A stretch of 64,000 nucleotides of DNA from NCBI GenBank assembly GCA_963716255.1, contig OY970303.1, positions 5,056,001-5,120,000 of the forward strand. Reading direction: 5' to 3'. Positions 8,994-17,790 of the stretch are shown one piece after another. The stretch's first letter is position 1; each line of letters begins with the position of its first letter. The DNA comes from an uncultured Gemmatimonadales bacterium (GTDB taxonomy: Bacteria > Gemmatimonadota > Gemmatimonadetes > Longimicrobiales > Longimicrobiaceae). A program made the position numbers and the translations under genes. Under the pieces are notes generated by a model. That model was given only the letters and a program-made list of their open reading frames with translations. It was not told where the DNA came from and did no database searches.

Positions 8994-10382
8994 TCACAGT
9001 GCCGGAGCAGTTGCCTCCGGCGATCGGGGTGCCGGCTTGATCGTGATCGGCGTCTTGCTGCGCCGGACCAGGAGCCACCCGACCAGGCCGGCGGCGATGG
9101 AGGCGGCGAAGATGCCGATCTTGGCCCGGTCCACCATGGCCGCGTCGGCGAAGGCGAGCCCGCCGACGAAGAGCGACATGGTGAAGCCGATCCCCCCCAG
9201 CCAGCTCACCGCGTGCAGCTGCCCCCAGCGCAGCCCCGCCGGCATCTCCGCCAGGCCCAGCCGCACCGCCACCCAGGCGAAGAGCGTAATTCCCACCGGC
9301 TTCCCCAGGAGGAGCCCCACGACAATCCCCAGCGTCACCGGGTGGGACAGCGCCGCCCCGGCGTCGGCCGGGAGCGCCACGCCCGCGTTGGCCAGCGCGA
9401 AGAGCGGGATGACGAGGAACGCCACGGGCGTGTGCAGCTCGTGCTCGATGCGCTGGAGCGGGGCCTGCGCGGCCTCCGCCACCTCCTCCACCACGTGGAT
9501 GGCCGCCTGCTGGGCGTGGTTGGTGAGCACCGAGCGCCCTTCCTCGCCCGCGTCCTCGAAGCGCACCAGGGCCTCGCTCGTGTGCGCCAGGAACTCGTCG
9601 GCGTCGATCCGCGTCCGGGCCGGAATCGCCATGGCGAGGAGGACGCCGGCCACCGTGGCGTGGACGCCCGAGGCCAGGAAGCAGGCCCAGACCCCCACTC
9701 CGAGAAGGACGTAGACCGGGGGGCGCCGCGCTCCCAGGCGGTTGGCGAACGCCGCGAGCGCGAGGAGGCCGAGCCCCGCGAACAGGGCGCCCCAGGCGAT
9801 CCCGGAGGTGTAGAAGAGGGCGATCACCAGCACGGCGCCGATGTCGTCCACGATGGCGAGGGCGGTCAGGAACACCTTGAGCGAGACCGGCACGCGGGGC
9901 CCCAGGAGCGCGAGCACGCCCAGGGCGAAGGCGATGTCCGTCGCCATGGGGATCCCCCACCCGGGAGCCCCCTCCCCGCCGGCGTTGAAGAGCGCGTAGA
10001 GCACGGCAGGGACCACCATTCCCCCCAGCGCCGCCGCGGCCGGGAGCGCGGCGCGCCGCGGCGAGGCGAGCTCCCCCACCAGCGCTTCGCGCTTGATCTC
10101 CAGCCCCACCAGGAAGAAGAACACGGCCATCAGGCCGTCGTTGATCCAGTAGTGGAACGAGTGGGAGGTCTCCCACGGCCCCACCCGCAGCGCCAGCTCC
10201 GTCTCCCACAGGTGGTGGAAGGCTCCGGCCCAGGGCGAATTCGCCAGGACGAGCGCGACCGCGGCGGCCGCCATCAGCACCAGCCCCCCGGCCGACTCGG
10301 TGCGGATGAAGGCGGAGACCGGCGCCAGGAGCCGCTGGATCGGGGAGGTGGGCAGCCGGGGCCCGGCGTTCGCGGGTGTCAT
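8994..10382 (-). CDS. nhaA: Na+/H+ antiporter NhaA
   Basis: WINDGLMAVFFFLVGLEIKRE, GWGIPMATDIAFA, LTALAIVDD, SGVHATVAGV, GIGFTMSLF. Confidence 0.96.
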   Translation of the reverse strand: MTPANAGPRLPTSPIQRLLAPVSAFIRTESAGGLVLMAAAAVALVLANSPWAGAFHHLWETELALRVGPWETSHSFHYWINDGLMAVFFFLVGLEIKREALVGELASPRRAALPAAAALGGMVVPAVLYALFNAGGEGAPGWGIPMATDIAFALGVLALLGPRVPVSLKVFLTALAIVDDIGAVLVIALFYTSGIAWGALFAGLGLLALAAFANRLGARRPPVYVLLGVGVWACFLASGVHATVAGVLLAMAIPARTRIDADEFLAHTSEALVRFEDAGEEGRSVLTNHAQQAAIHVVEEVAEAAQAPLQRIEHELHTPVAFLVIPLFALANAGVALPADAGAALSHPVTLGIVVGLLLGKPVGITLFAWVAVRLGLAEMPAGLRWGQLHAVSWLGGIGFTMSLFVGGLAFADAAMVDRAKIGIFAASIAAGLVGWLLVRRSKTPITIKPAPRSPEATAPAL

Positions 10383-10446
10383 CGCTTCAGTCTCTTGGAG
10401 GCTTCGAGGTGGTGAATCGTGAAGGAGCGGTCGGCGCGCACGCGCG

Positions 10447-11406
10447 TCACCCCACCAGTGTCCAAAGGTACACGGCGTACGCGCCGAGCAGGACGCATCC
10501 TTCCCAGCGGTCGATGCGCATCCCCCGCCAGAGCACGGGCAGGAGGAGGAGCGCCGTGCCCATCATCCACCACAGGTCTGCACCGGCCAGTGCCGGGGCA
10601 ACCGGAATCGGATGGACGAGGGCGGTGACGCCCAGGATGCCGAGCAGGTTGAAGACGTTGGAGCCGATCATGTTGGCCACGGCCACATCGGTCTGGCGCC
10701 GCGCGGCGGCGACGGCCGAGGTCACCACCTCCGGCATCCCGGTGCCGGCCGCCACCACGGTGAGCCCGATGACCCGCTCCGTCATCCCGGCCAGGCGCGC
10801 GAGGTCGACCGCGCCGCTCACCAGCAGCCGCCCTCCCACCACGAGCAGCCCGACGCCGCCCACCACCGCGGCGGCGGCCGTGAGGCGCTCCCGGCGCCCC
10901 GGGTGCAGGGACCGGTCGTCGGCGGACTCGGCGAACTCCGCCCGCTCCGCCCCCCGGACCTCGCGCTTCCCCAAGTGCACCGAGTAGGCGGTGAACAGGA
11001 CCAGGCAGAGCACCAGGAACGCGCCCTCCACCCGCTCCAGGCGCAGGTCGCGCAGGAGCACCGCGCAGAGGGCGCTCGCCCCGAACATCACCGGCCACTC
11101 CAGGCGCACGGCCGCCCCGCGCACCGGCAGCGCGTGGACCAGGGCCGCGATGCCGAGCGCGGCGGTCACGTTGAAGATGTTGGAGCCGACCACGTTCCCC
11201 ACCGCGATGTCGGGCTGCCCCCGCGCCGCGGCCATCAGGCCGACCGCCAGCTCCGGCATGGAGGTCCCCATCGCCACCACCGTCAGGCCGATCACGGCGG
11301 GGGTGAGTCCGGCCAGGCGCGCGAGCAGCGTGGCACCACGCACGAGCAGCTCGCCGCCCGCGACGAGCAGGGCGAGCCCGCCCAGGAAGAGAAGGACTGC
11401 GGTCAT
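10447..11406 (-). CDS. Calcium/sodium antiporter (CaCA, YrbG-like)
   Basis: Two alpha repeats: GTSMPEL...GNVVGSNIFN and GTGMPEV...ANMIGSNVFN; multiple TM helices. Confidence 0.93.
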   Translation of the reverse strand: MTAVLLFLGGLALLVAGGELLVRGATLLARLAGLTPAVIGLTVVAMGTSMPELAVGLMAAARGQPDIAVGNVVGSNIFNVTAALGIAALVHALPVRGAAVRLEWPVMFGASALCAVLLRDLRLERVEGAFLVLCLVLFTAYSVHLGKREVRGAERAEFAESADDRSLHPGRRERLTAAAAVVGGVGLLVVGGRLLVSGAVDLARLAGMTERVIGLTVVAAGTGMPEVVTSAVAAARRQTDVAVANMIGSNVFNLLGILGVTALVHPIPVAPALAGADLWWMMGTALLLLPVLWRGMRIDRWEGCVLLGAYAVYLWTLVG

Positions 11407-11446
11407 TCGCTCAGACCATGCAAGTAGGGTACGGCCCGGCTCCGCG

Positions 11447-11615
11447 GCACCTGCGTCTACACCCGGCTCCGGGGAACGTGGCGGTACTCTGGTGAACCCC
11501 CCGGCACCACGGGGGGTAGCCCTCCACGCAACGCCCGCACCGCTGGAGCAGCCAGGCGCGTCAGGGAGTGGTGGGCCTCGACACGAGAACGGAATGGGCG
11601 GAGCCTGGATCGAGC
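11447..11615. repeat. Duplicated antiporter/dedA intergenic segment (inverted copy at about 58870-59045)
   Basis: Near-identical reverse complement at 58870-59045, including the CCCCCCG-GCACCA-CGGGGGG hairpin and the first dedA codons. Confidence 0.85.
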
Positions 11616-12178
11616 AGTACGGGTACTGGGCGGTGCTCGTCGGGGGTATCCTGGAGGGGGAGACGGTGTTCGTCGCCGCGGGATACGGCCTCAGCCAGGA
11701 GTACCTGAGGCCGCTCCCCACCTTCCTTGCCGCGGTGCTGGGAGGGACCCTGGGAGACGTCGCGTACTACACCCTGGGCCGGGTCTACGGCGCCCGGCTG
11801 ATTCGGGCCGTCCCCTTCCTCCGGCGCCTTCGCGCCCGCGCGGTGCTGCTGCTGCGCCGGTGGGGGAGGGCCACCGCGTTCGTCACCCGATTCGCGTACG
11901 GGCTGCGGATCGTGCTCCCGCTCAGCATCGGCGCCGCACGGCTCGCCTGGCCCGTGTTCCTCCTCTTCAACCTGCTCGGGTCGGTAGCCTTCGCCGCCAC
12001 GTACCTGTCCCTCGGCTACCTGTTCGGCGAGACGCTGGAGGAGATCCTCGGGCGTCTGCGGGGATACGAGGGACGAATCCTGCTCGGGTTCGCGCTGGCT
12101 GGGGCGGTGTTCTGGGCCGTCCGCGAGTGGAAGCTGGTCCGCGCCGCGGAGCCCGGGGAACCAGACGTCGACGCGTAG
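11594..12178 (+). CDS. DedA family membrane protein
   Basis: YGYWAVLVGGILEGETV, GGTLGD..YYTLGR, RFAYGLR. Confidence 0.9.
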   Translation: MGGAWIEQYGYWAVLVGGILEGETVFVAAGYGLSQEYLRPLPTFLAAVLGGTLGDVAYYTLGRVYGARLIRAVPFLRRLRARAVLLLRRWGRATAFVTRFAYGLRIVLPLSIGAARLAWPVFLLFNLLGSVAFAATYLSLGYLFGETLEEILGRLRGYEGRILLGFALAGAVFWAVREWKLVRAAEPGEPDVDA

Positions 12179-12228
12179 CGAAGCCGCAGCGCGGCGCGCG
12201 CGCGAGGCCCTGCCCGGGAATGGTGGTC

Positions 12229-12885
12229 TCATGCTCTTGACGTGGCGGCCGGCTGCGGCCCGGAGGTGGCTTCGCGCCAGTTTGTCGCCGGGAGCCGCAG
12301 CGTGAAGATAGTCTCCCGGCCGACCCCGCTGGCCACGGTGAAGTCGCCGCTCAGCAGCCGGGCGATCCGTCGGCTGATGGCAAGGCCGAGGCCGCTCCCC
12401 TCACCGCCGCTTTCGGGGATGCGGTAGAACTCCAGGAAGATCCTCTCCAGCTCAGACCCGGCGATCCCCGGCCCGAAGTCGGTCACCTGCACCTCGCCCC
12501 ACCCCTGGCCGGCGCCCCCGGCGCCGGGCTCGCGGGCGACCGACAGGACGATCGGTCGCTTCCATAGAAGTGCCGGCGGGGCGGTCGCCCCGGCCTGCAA
12601 GGGATCCGAGGCGAAGAGCGTCCGCCCGTCCGCTCCGTAGACCAGGACGCCGTAGATCTGCCGCTCCCGGCTGATGCGGCCGATGATGGCCTGCACGTCG
12701 CGGAGGTCGGGGATCCCGGAACGCCTGCTCCAGACTGATGCCGAGCGCCGTGGCGTAGGCACGGGTCTCCCGCCGCGCCTCCTCCGCCAGCACCGTCTGG
12801 CGCTGGTACAGGGCCCATGCTCCATACGCCATGACCCCGGGACGGCAAGGAGGAGCGGGATGAGCAGCCGTGAGCCGAGTCTCAT
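12229..12885 (-). pseudogene. Chimeric histidine-kinase pseudogene (N-terminus of the HAMP kinase joined to the HATPase tail of another kinase)
   Basis: 12885-12560 matches 50350-50021, with frameshifts; 12560-12229 matches about 40530-40196. Confidence 0.88.
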
Positions 12886-14618
12886 CGTTCGCCTGCGCCT
12901 GCGCCGGCCGACGCACGAGCAGCGGGTGCGGCAACGGTGCCCGGAGCGGCCGCGCTGTCCGGGCGGACGCACGGCGCCGCCGAGTAGCGTACGCTCCAGG
13001 CTGCACCCGCCGAGTCCACCCCGACCCGTCCGCCCGGCACCGACAGGGCTTCCGCCCGAGCGCGCGCCGCCACTCGCGCCAGCGCCGTGTCGCCCGCGAG
13101 CGCGGGCCGGCCGGGGAGAGCCACGCAGGCGAACAGGCGGTCCATGCTCCGCACCGCGTCCACGGCGCCCAGGAGCCCCGGGAGCCACTCCGCCCCTCGT
13201 CCCGCCGGCGCGCCGGCGGGCTCGAGGGGAAACGCGCGCGTCCGCACGTCCACGCTCGTCCCGATCCGCTCCGACACCGCGCGGCCGAGCAGCGCGTCCG
13301 CGGCGGGGCCGCCGGGCTCGCCCAGGTACTCGACGAGGACTCGCGGCGCGGCGGAGTCCGGCACCTCCAGCCTCCACCCCAGGAGCGGGCCCATCTGCCC
13401 CTCCGGCCAGGCGCCCCGAACGGCCGCGCCGACCCGCTGCCGGAGGTCGCCCACGTCGATCCCCACCGGCTCCGGCGCGGCCGGCTCCGGCGCCGAAGCG
13501 GCCTGGCGCAGGGCGTTCACGTCCGGTACCGCGATCACCCGGACCGTGGGAACCACCCCGGTGCGCGCCGCGATCCGGGTACCCAACTCGTCCTCCAGCG
13601 CGGCGGCCTCGGCGGCCGAGCCCACCACGTACATGCGGGCAGAGACCGCGCCCGGCGACACCGTCACCTGCGACTGCATCGCGCTGCGCGACTCCAGCGC
13701 CCCGTCCAGGATCCGCCCCACCGCGGTGCGGGCGCGGACCTCCCACGCCACCTGCTCCAGCGCGCGCCGCAGGGGGACGAACACCGCCACCACCAGCAGG
13801 AGAGGCAACCCCACCCGGAGCACCCGCCCGTACCGCATGCCGAACACGGCGCGCAGGCCCTCCACCGCACGGCGGACGAACCCATCCGGCCGCGCCCTTC
13901 CCAGGGCCGCATCCTCCCAGTCCCGCTGGTCCACCCGCTCGAAGCCGAGCACCCAGAAGAACACGACCGAGACCAGGAGGATCGCGGTGAGGTTGGTCAG
14001 GAACAGGAGCGTGGCGCCCCCGGCGATCCCGGCGTCCCGCACGCCCAGTCCGAAGCCCGCCACGCAGATGGGCGGCACGAGCGCGATCCCGATGGCGGTG
14101 CCGGCCGCCGCGCTGGCCGACTCCGAGCCCGGCCGCGCCGTGGTGAACGCCGCAGCCACCGCGACGAAGACCGCCAGGAGCAGGTCCAGGGCGGTGGGCG
14201 AGGTCCGCGACGCGATCTCCGCCGTGACCTCCTGGAACGGCAGCAGGACCGTGAGCAGCGCCGCCCCGCCCACCACGGCCAGCACGCTCCCGACCATGCG
14301 CGCGAAGGAGCGGAGGGTGAGCACGGCGGAGCCCACCACCAGCCCCATCCCCAGCTCCACGATGGGACCCATCAGGGGTGCGATGAGCATCGCCCCGATC
14401 ACCACGGCCGTGCTGCCGAGCACCAGCCCGACGGTGGCGATGGCCATGGACAGGAGGAGCTGGAGCCAGTAGCTCACCGCGTCTCGCCGGCGGCGGTTGA
14501 ACATCGCCTCCACCACGCCCCGCCGGTCCGCGGCGGTCAGGTCGAGCGCGCGGAGGGCGACGACGTGGATGCGGCGCTCCATTACGTGGCGCCGCTTCGC
14601 GGGTCGAGGTGCGGCCAT
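12882..14618 (-). CDS. DUF389-domain membrane protein, copy 1
   Basis: STAVVIGAMLIAPLMGPI, SRTSPTALDL, GTAIGIALVPP, LLFLTNL; long C-terminal extension; stop overlaps the next ATG. Confidence 0.9.
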   Translation of the reverse strand: MAAPRPAKRRHVMERRIHVVALRALDLTAADRRGVVEAMFNRRRRDAVSYWLQLLLSMAIATVGLVLGSTAVVIGAMLIAPLMGPIVELGMGLVVGSAVLTLRSFARMVGSVLAVVGGAALLTVLLPFQEVTAEIASRTSPTALDLLLAVFVAVAAAFTTARPGSESASAAAGTAIGIALVPPICVAGFGLGVRDAGIAGGATLLFLTNLTAILLVSVVFFWVLGFERVDQRDWEDAALGRARPDGFVRRAVEGLRAVFGMRYGRVLRVGLPLLLVVAVFVPLRRALEQVAWEVRARTAVGRILDGALESRSAMQSQVTVSPGAVSARMYVVGSAAEAAALEDELGTRIAARTGVVPTVRVIAVPDVNALRQAASAPEPAAPEPVGIDVGDLRQRVGAAVRGAWPEGQMGPLLGWRLEVPDSAAPRVLVEYLGEPGGPAADALLGRAVSERIGTSVDVRTRAFPLEPAGAPAGRGAEWLPGLLGAVDAVRSMDRLFACVALPGRPALAGDTALARVAARARAEALSVPGGRVGVDSAGAAWSVRYSAAPCVRPDSAAAPGTVAAPAARASAGAGAGER

Positions 14619-14747
14619 TAACTCGGAGCGGTCAATGAACGGGCGGGCAGCCCTCCCGGGAGGCGCCGCCATGAGGCAGGGAAGGTAACTCGGGTCGGAA
14701 AGCGGTGGAAAGGCATGGCGCGGGTCCCGTGGCAGGACGGCCGGTCG

Positions 14748-15551
14748 TCACCGGGGCTCTCCGAGCCTGCGGATCTCCGCCCGGAGCGACGCGATCTCCC
14801 TGCGCAGCGCCTCGATCGCCTCGGCGCTCGCGACCTCTCCCTGCCCGCTTTCCGCGTCGCGCCCCACGAAGAACGACGCCAGCGCGGCGGTGATGTAGCC
14901 GAGGACAGCCAGCGCGTAGACGGCCAGCAGGAAAGCCAGGATGCGCCCCTCGACCGTCCGGGGCCAGTATTCCGATCCCAGGGACGTCATCAGCATCGCG
15001 GTCCACCAGAGCGCGCTCCAGTAGTCGTCGAGCCCCCCGCCGGCCGGCAGGTTCCGCTCGAACGCGTGCATCCCGGCCGCGCCCACCAGGGTGACCAACG
15101 CGGTGAGCACCACGACGTACCCGAGCCCGCGCCGCCCCATGCTCCTGCCGAGCGCGCGCATCCCCCGGTTCAGGGATGCGACCACCTTCACGAGCCGGAG
15201 CCCGCGCGCGGCGCGGGCCACGCGGAAGAGCCGGACCAGGCGCACGACCCGGACGATCCGGAGCGCCGGGAGGAACAGGGCGACCACCGTCAGCCAGTTC
15301 CGCCGCAGGTAGGCGAGCCGCCGCGGCGCGAGCACGAGCCGCAGGACGAAGTCGAAGACGAAGATCCCCCAGATCGCGGCGCTGAGCCGCTCCAGCCGAA
15401 CGTCGAGCCCGCGGGTGAGCTCCACGACCAGCAGCGCCAGCCAGGCGAAGCCGAGCAGCACCATCGGCATCTCCAGCCACCGCTCAACACGGAGGAGCAG
15501 GCGCCACCGCTCCCGTTCCAGGCGGCGTCCATCCAGTGTGCCGTCACTCAC
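14748..15551 (-). CDS. Voltage-gated-type ion channel (ion transport protein) with non-canonical pore motif
   Basis: S4-like LRIVRVVRLVRLFRVARAARGLR, pore ALWWTAMLMTSLGSEYWPRT, coiled-coil tail; GTG start inferred. Confidence 0.85.
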   Translation of the reverse strand: MSDGTLDGRRLERERWRLLLRVERWLEMPMVLLGFAWLALLVVELTRGLDVRLERLSAAIWGIFVFDFVLRLVLAPRRLAYLRRNWLTVVALFLPALRIVRVVRLVRLFRVARAARGLRLVKVVASLNRGMRALGRSMGRRGLGYVVVLTALVTLVGAAGMHAFERNLPAGGGLDDYWSALWWTAMLMTSLGSEYWPRTVEGRILAFLLAVYALAVLGYITAALASFFVGRDAESGQGEVASAEAIEALRREIASLRAEIRRLGEPR

Positions 15552-15591
15552 GGGCTCGCTCGCTGCAAAGGAAATTCGGTCGCGAGGGGGA

Positions 15592-15700
15592 TCAGTCGGA
15601 CGGCGGCGCCAGGTCGCGGAGGCTGCCCCGCTCTCCCTCCCCGCCTTGCACCACGCTGAAGGTGCCGTCCGTCTCGACGGCCACGGCTTCGACGACCCGC
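15592..15700 (-). pseudogene. C-terminal remnant of a DUF421/YetF gene
   Basis: Translates VEAVAVETDGTFSVVQGG..., matching the end of 28340-28867. Confidence 0.65.
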
Positions 15701-15889
15701 CGAGCCGGCCCGGACCGGATGCAGGATCGGAGCCCGGGCCCGCCCCGTCCCGGTGCGGGCCGGCGCCGGCCCGGCTGTCGGCCTCCTCACCACCACCCGA
15801 CGGGGAGCGTGGATCCGTGCAGCTTCGCAGCAGGATCCTGATCGGTCTGGCCGCCGGCGTGCCGGCCCGGGGGGTGCCGCCGACGCCGC

Positions 15890-16260
15890 GGGCGTGTCCA
15901 GACCGTGCCCGATACGCTGGAGCGGGGCCTGCGCGGCCTCGGCGGTCGCGGCCTCGAAGCGCACCAGGGCCTCGCGCATGTGCGCCAGGAACTCGTCGGC
16001 GTCGATCCGGGTCCGGGCCGGAATCGTCATCGCGAGGAAGACCCCAACCGCCGTGGCGTAGACCTCCGAGATCATGAAGTAGCCACCGATCCCCAGACCG
16101 AGGAGGAGGTAGACCGGCGGGCGGCGCGCCCGGGAGGCTGGCGAGCGCCGCGAGTGCGAGAAGACCGAGCCCCGCGAACAGGGCGCCCCAGGCGATCAGG
16201 AAGTGTGGAAAAGGGCGATCACCAGCACGGCGCCGATCTAGTCCAAGATGCCACCACGTC
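15890..16260 (-). pseudogene. nhaA: Degenerate nhaA fragment
   Basis: MTIPARTRIDADEFLAH...AEAAQAPLQRI matches about 9440-9850, with deletions and frameshifts. Confidence 0.8.
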
Positions 16261-16383
16261 AGGTTCAATCACCGCCACGGTCGGACCTGCCAGGCGCGCG
16301 AGCAGCGTTGAACCACGAACCAGCAGCTCGCCGCCCGCGACGAGCAGGGTGAGCCCCCCCAGGAACAGGATGCCCGCCGTCAT
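16260..16383 (-). pseudogene. 5' remnant of the Ca2+/Na+ antiporter gene
   Basis: MTAGILFLGGLTLLVAGGELLVRGSTLLARLAG matches the start of 10447-11406 and then breaks off. Confidence 0.8.
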
Positions 16384-16569
16384 CCGCTCCGGTTCATGCC
16401 GTGGGAGATGAGTTCCCCCTTCGGCGTTACCTCCCGATTCCACGGTTCCGACCCCGAGGCCGCATCTACAACCGGTTCGGGAGAACGTGGCGCTACGCTG
16501 GTGAACTCCCGGGGAGGCGCCGCGCGTGCGTTTGGAATTCCCGAATCGTGACACCCCCTGTCCGCGGGT

Positions 16570-17511
16570 TCAGGGGGCCGCGCGCTCCAGGTTCAGCCGG
16601 ATGAGGTGCTGGGCCAGCGCACGGGTGGACATGGGGGAGATGGAGGGGTAGCGCGGCAGCAGGAGCGGGAGTTCGAGGTCGGGGAGCAGCCGGCGCGCCG
16701 CCCGGGTCGTCAGCACCGGCTCGAACCGGTCCAGCATGGCGATGGCCGGGGCGTCGTCGGCCAGCACCACACGGATGCCGCCCGCCCCGCCGGCCCGCCC
16801 GTAGAGCGCGCGGAAGCGCTCTCCGTAGCGCGGGTCCGCCACGATGGCGGTGAGTCCCCCCGCCCTCGCCCGCCGCTCGATGATCCCCGCCATCTCCGGG
16901 TGGACGGTGACGACTACCGACGGCTTCCCCAGCGCCTCCGCCACCAGCGCCGCCTCGCGCGCGTGGAACGGCGTGGTCACCACCAGGTCCGAGTCGCGCA
17001 GCTCCCCAGGAAGTGCCGCCGGGTCCAGCTTCTTCCCCGTACCGGCGCCCGGGAGGTCGTCCACCCACACCGGCAAGGACTCCATCCCGCACTCGTCGTC
17101 CAGCTCCCGGCAGAGCGCGTCGCCGGAGTCCAGGTTCGATTCCAGGCACGCGCAGCGCGGCCGGACGCTGGCCGTGCAGCGCCGGATGAACTCGGGCAGG
17201 TGGGGAATGGCGATCCGCCGCTTGTACGCCTCCGCCAGCACTCCCGCCAGCCACAACGCCGTTTCCTCCACCACTCCACCGCCGATCCGCTCCTGCCGCG
17301 CCAGGTACACGCCGGCTCGTCCCCGCACCTCCAGCAGCCGCTCGGCCTCCAGCGCGTGGTACGCGCGGGCAACGGCCCGGTGGTCCGTGTTCAGCTCGCG
17401 CGCGAGCTCGCGGATCGGCGGGAGTCGGTCGCCCGCTCGCAGGTGGCCCAGGTGGAGCTCGCCGACAATGCGGCTCCGAATGCGGTCTACGAGCGATGCG
17501 TCGATCGGCAT
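16570..17511 (-). CDS. GntR-family transcriptional regulator with long C-terminal domain, copy 1
   Basis: LRAGDRLPPIRELARELNTDHRAVARAYHALEAERLLEVRGRAGVY winged HTH; the start could be 17544. Confidence 0.9.
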   Translation of the reverse strand: MPIDASLVDRIRSRIVGELHLGHLRAGDRLPPIRELARELNTDHRAVARAYHALEAERLLEVRGRAGVYLARQERIGGGVVEETALWLAGVLAEAYKRRIAIPHLPEFIRRCTASVRPRCACLESNLDSGDALCRELDDECGMESLPVWVDDLPGAGTGKKLDPAALPGELRDSDLVVTTPFHAREAALVAEALGKPSVVVTVHPEMAGIIERRARAGGLTAIVADPRYGERFRALYGRAGGAGGIRVVLADDAPAIAMLDRFEPVLTTRAARRLLPDLELPLLLPRYPSISPMSTRALAQHLIRLNLERAAP

Positions 17512-17574
17512 TTCGGCAGGGGAAGGCGTGCGTCGGAAGCCCATGTGGTTCCGCCCCAACGGACACGTAGATGG

Positions 17575-17593
17575 TGATACCAAAAATGTAGCA
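17575..17593. promoter_or_regulatory. TGATAC-N7-GTAGCA operator-like box (distal, copy 1)
   Basis: One mismatch to the palindrome found three other times in the two divergent regions. Confidence 0.6.
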
Positions 17594-17720
17594 ATCTGAG
17601 TCGCCCGATGCAATGCTCGCCGGTACTTCCCTACGGTCGAGGAAAAGTGATATACAGATTATATGTTTGCCGTTTGTATAATCGCACAGGATACTATTCG
17701 AAATTGTTGAGAACGGTAGT

Positions 17721-17739
17721 TGATACGTATTGCGTATCA
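17721..17739. promoter_or_regulatory. Palindromic operator TGATACG-N5-CGTATCA
   Basis: Perfect 7-bp inverted repeat in an AT-rich intergenic region; conserved with a compensatory change at 53512-53530. Confidence 0.75.
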
Positions 17740-17755
17740 TGGAACGCGATTTGCA
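17740..17755 (+). promoter_or_regulatory. sigma54 (-24/-12) promoter
   Basis: TGGAACGCGATTTGCA has one mismatch to TGGCACG-N4-TTGCW; conserved at 53531-53546; 35 nt upstream of the ATG. Confidence 0.72.
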
Positions 17756-17790
17756 CTTCTTGCGGGTCCCTTCAAACGGAGCTGGCTTTC

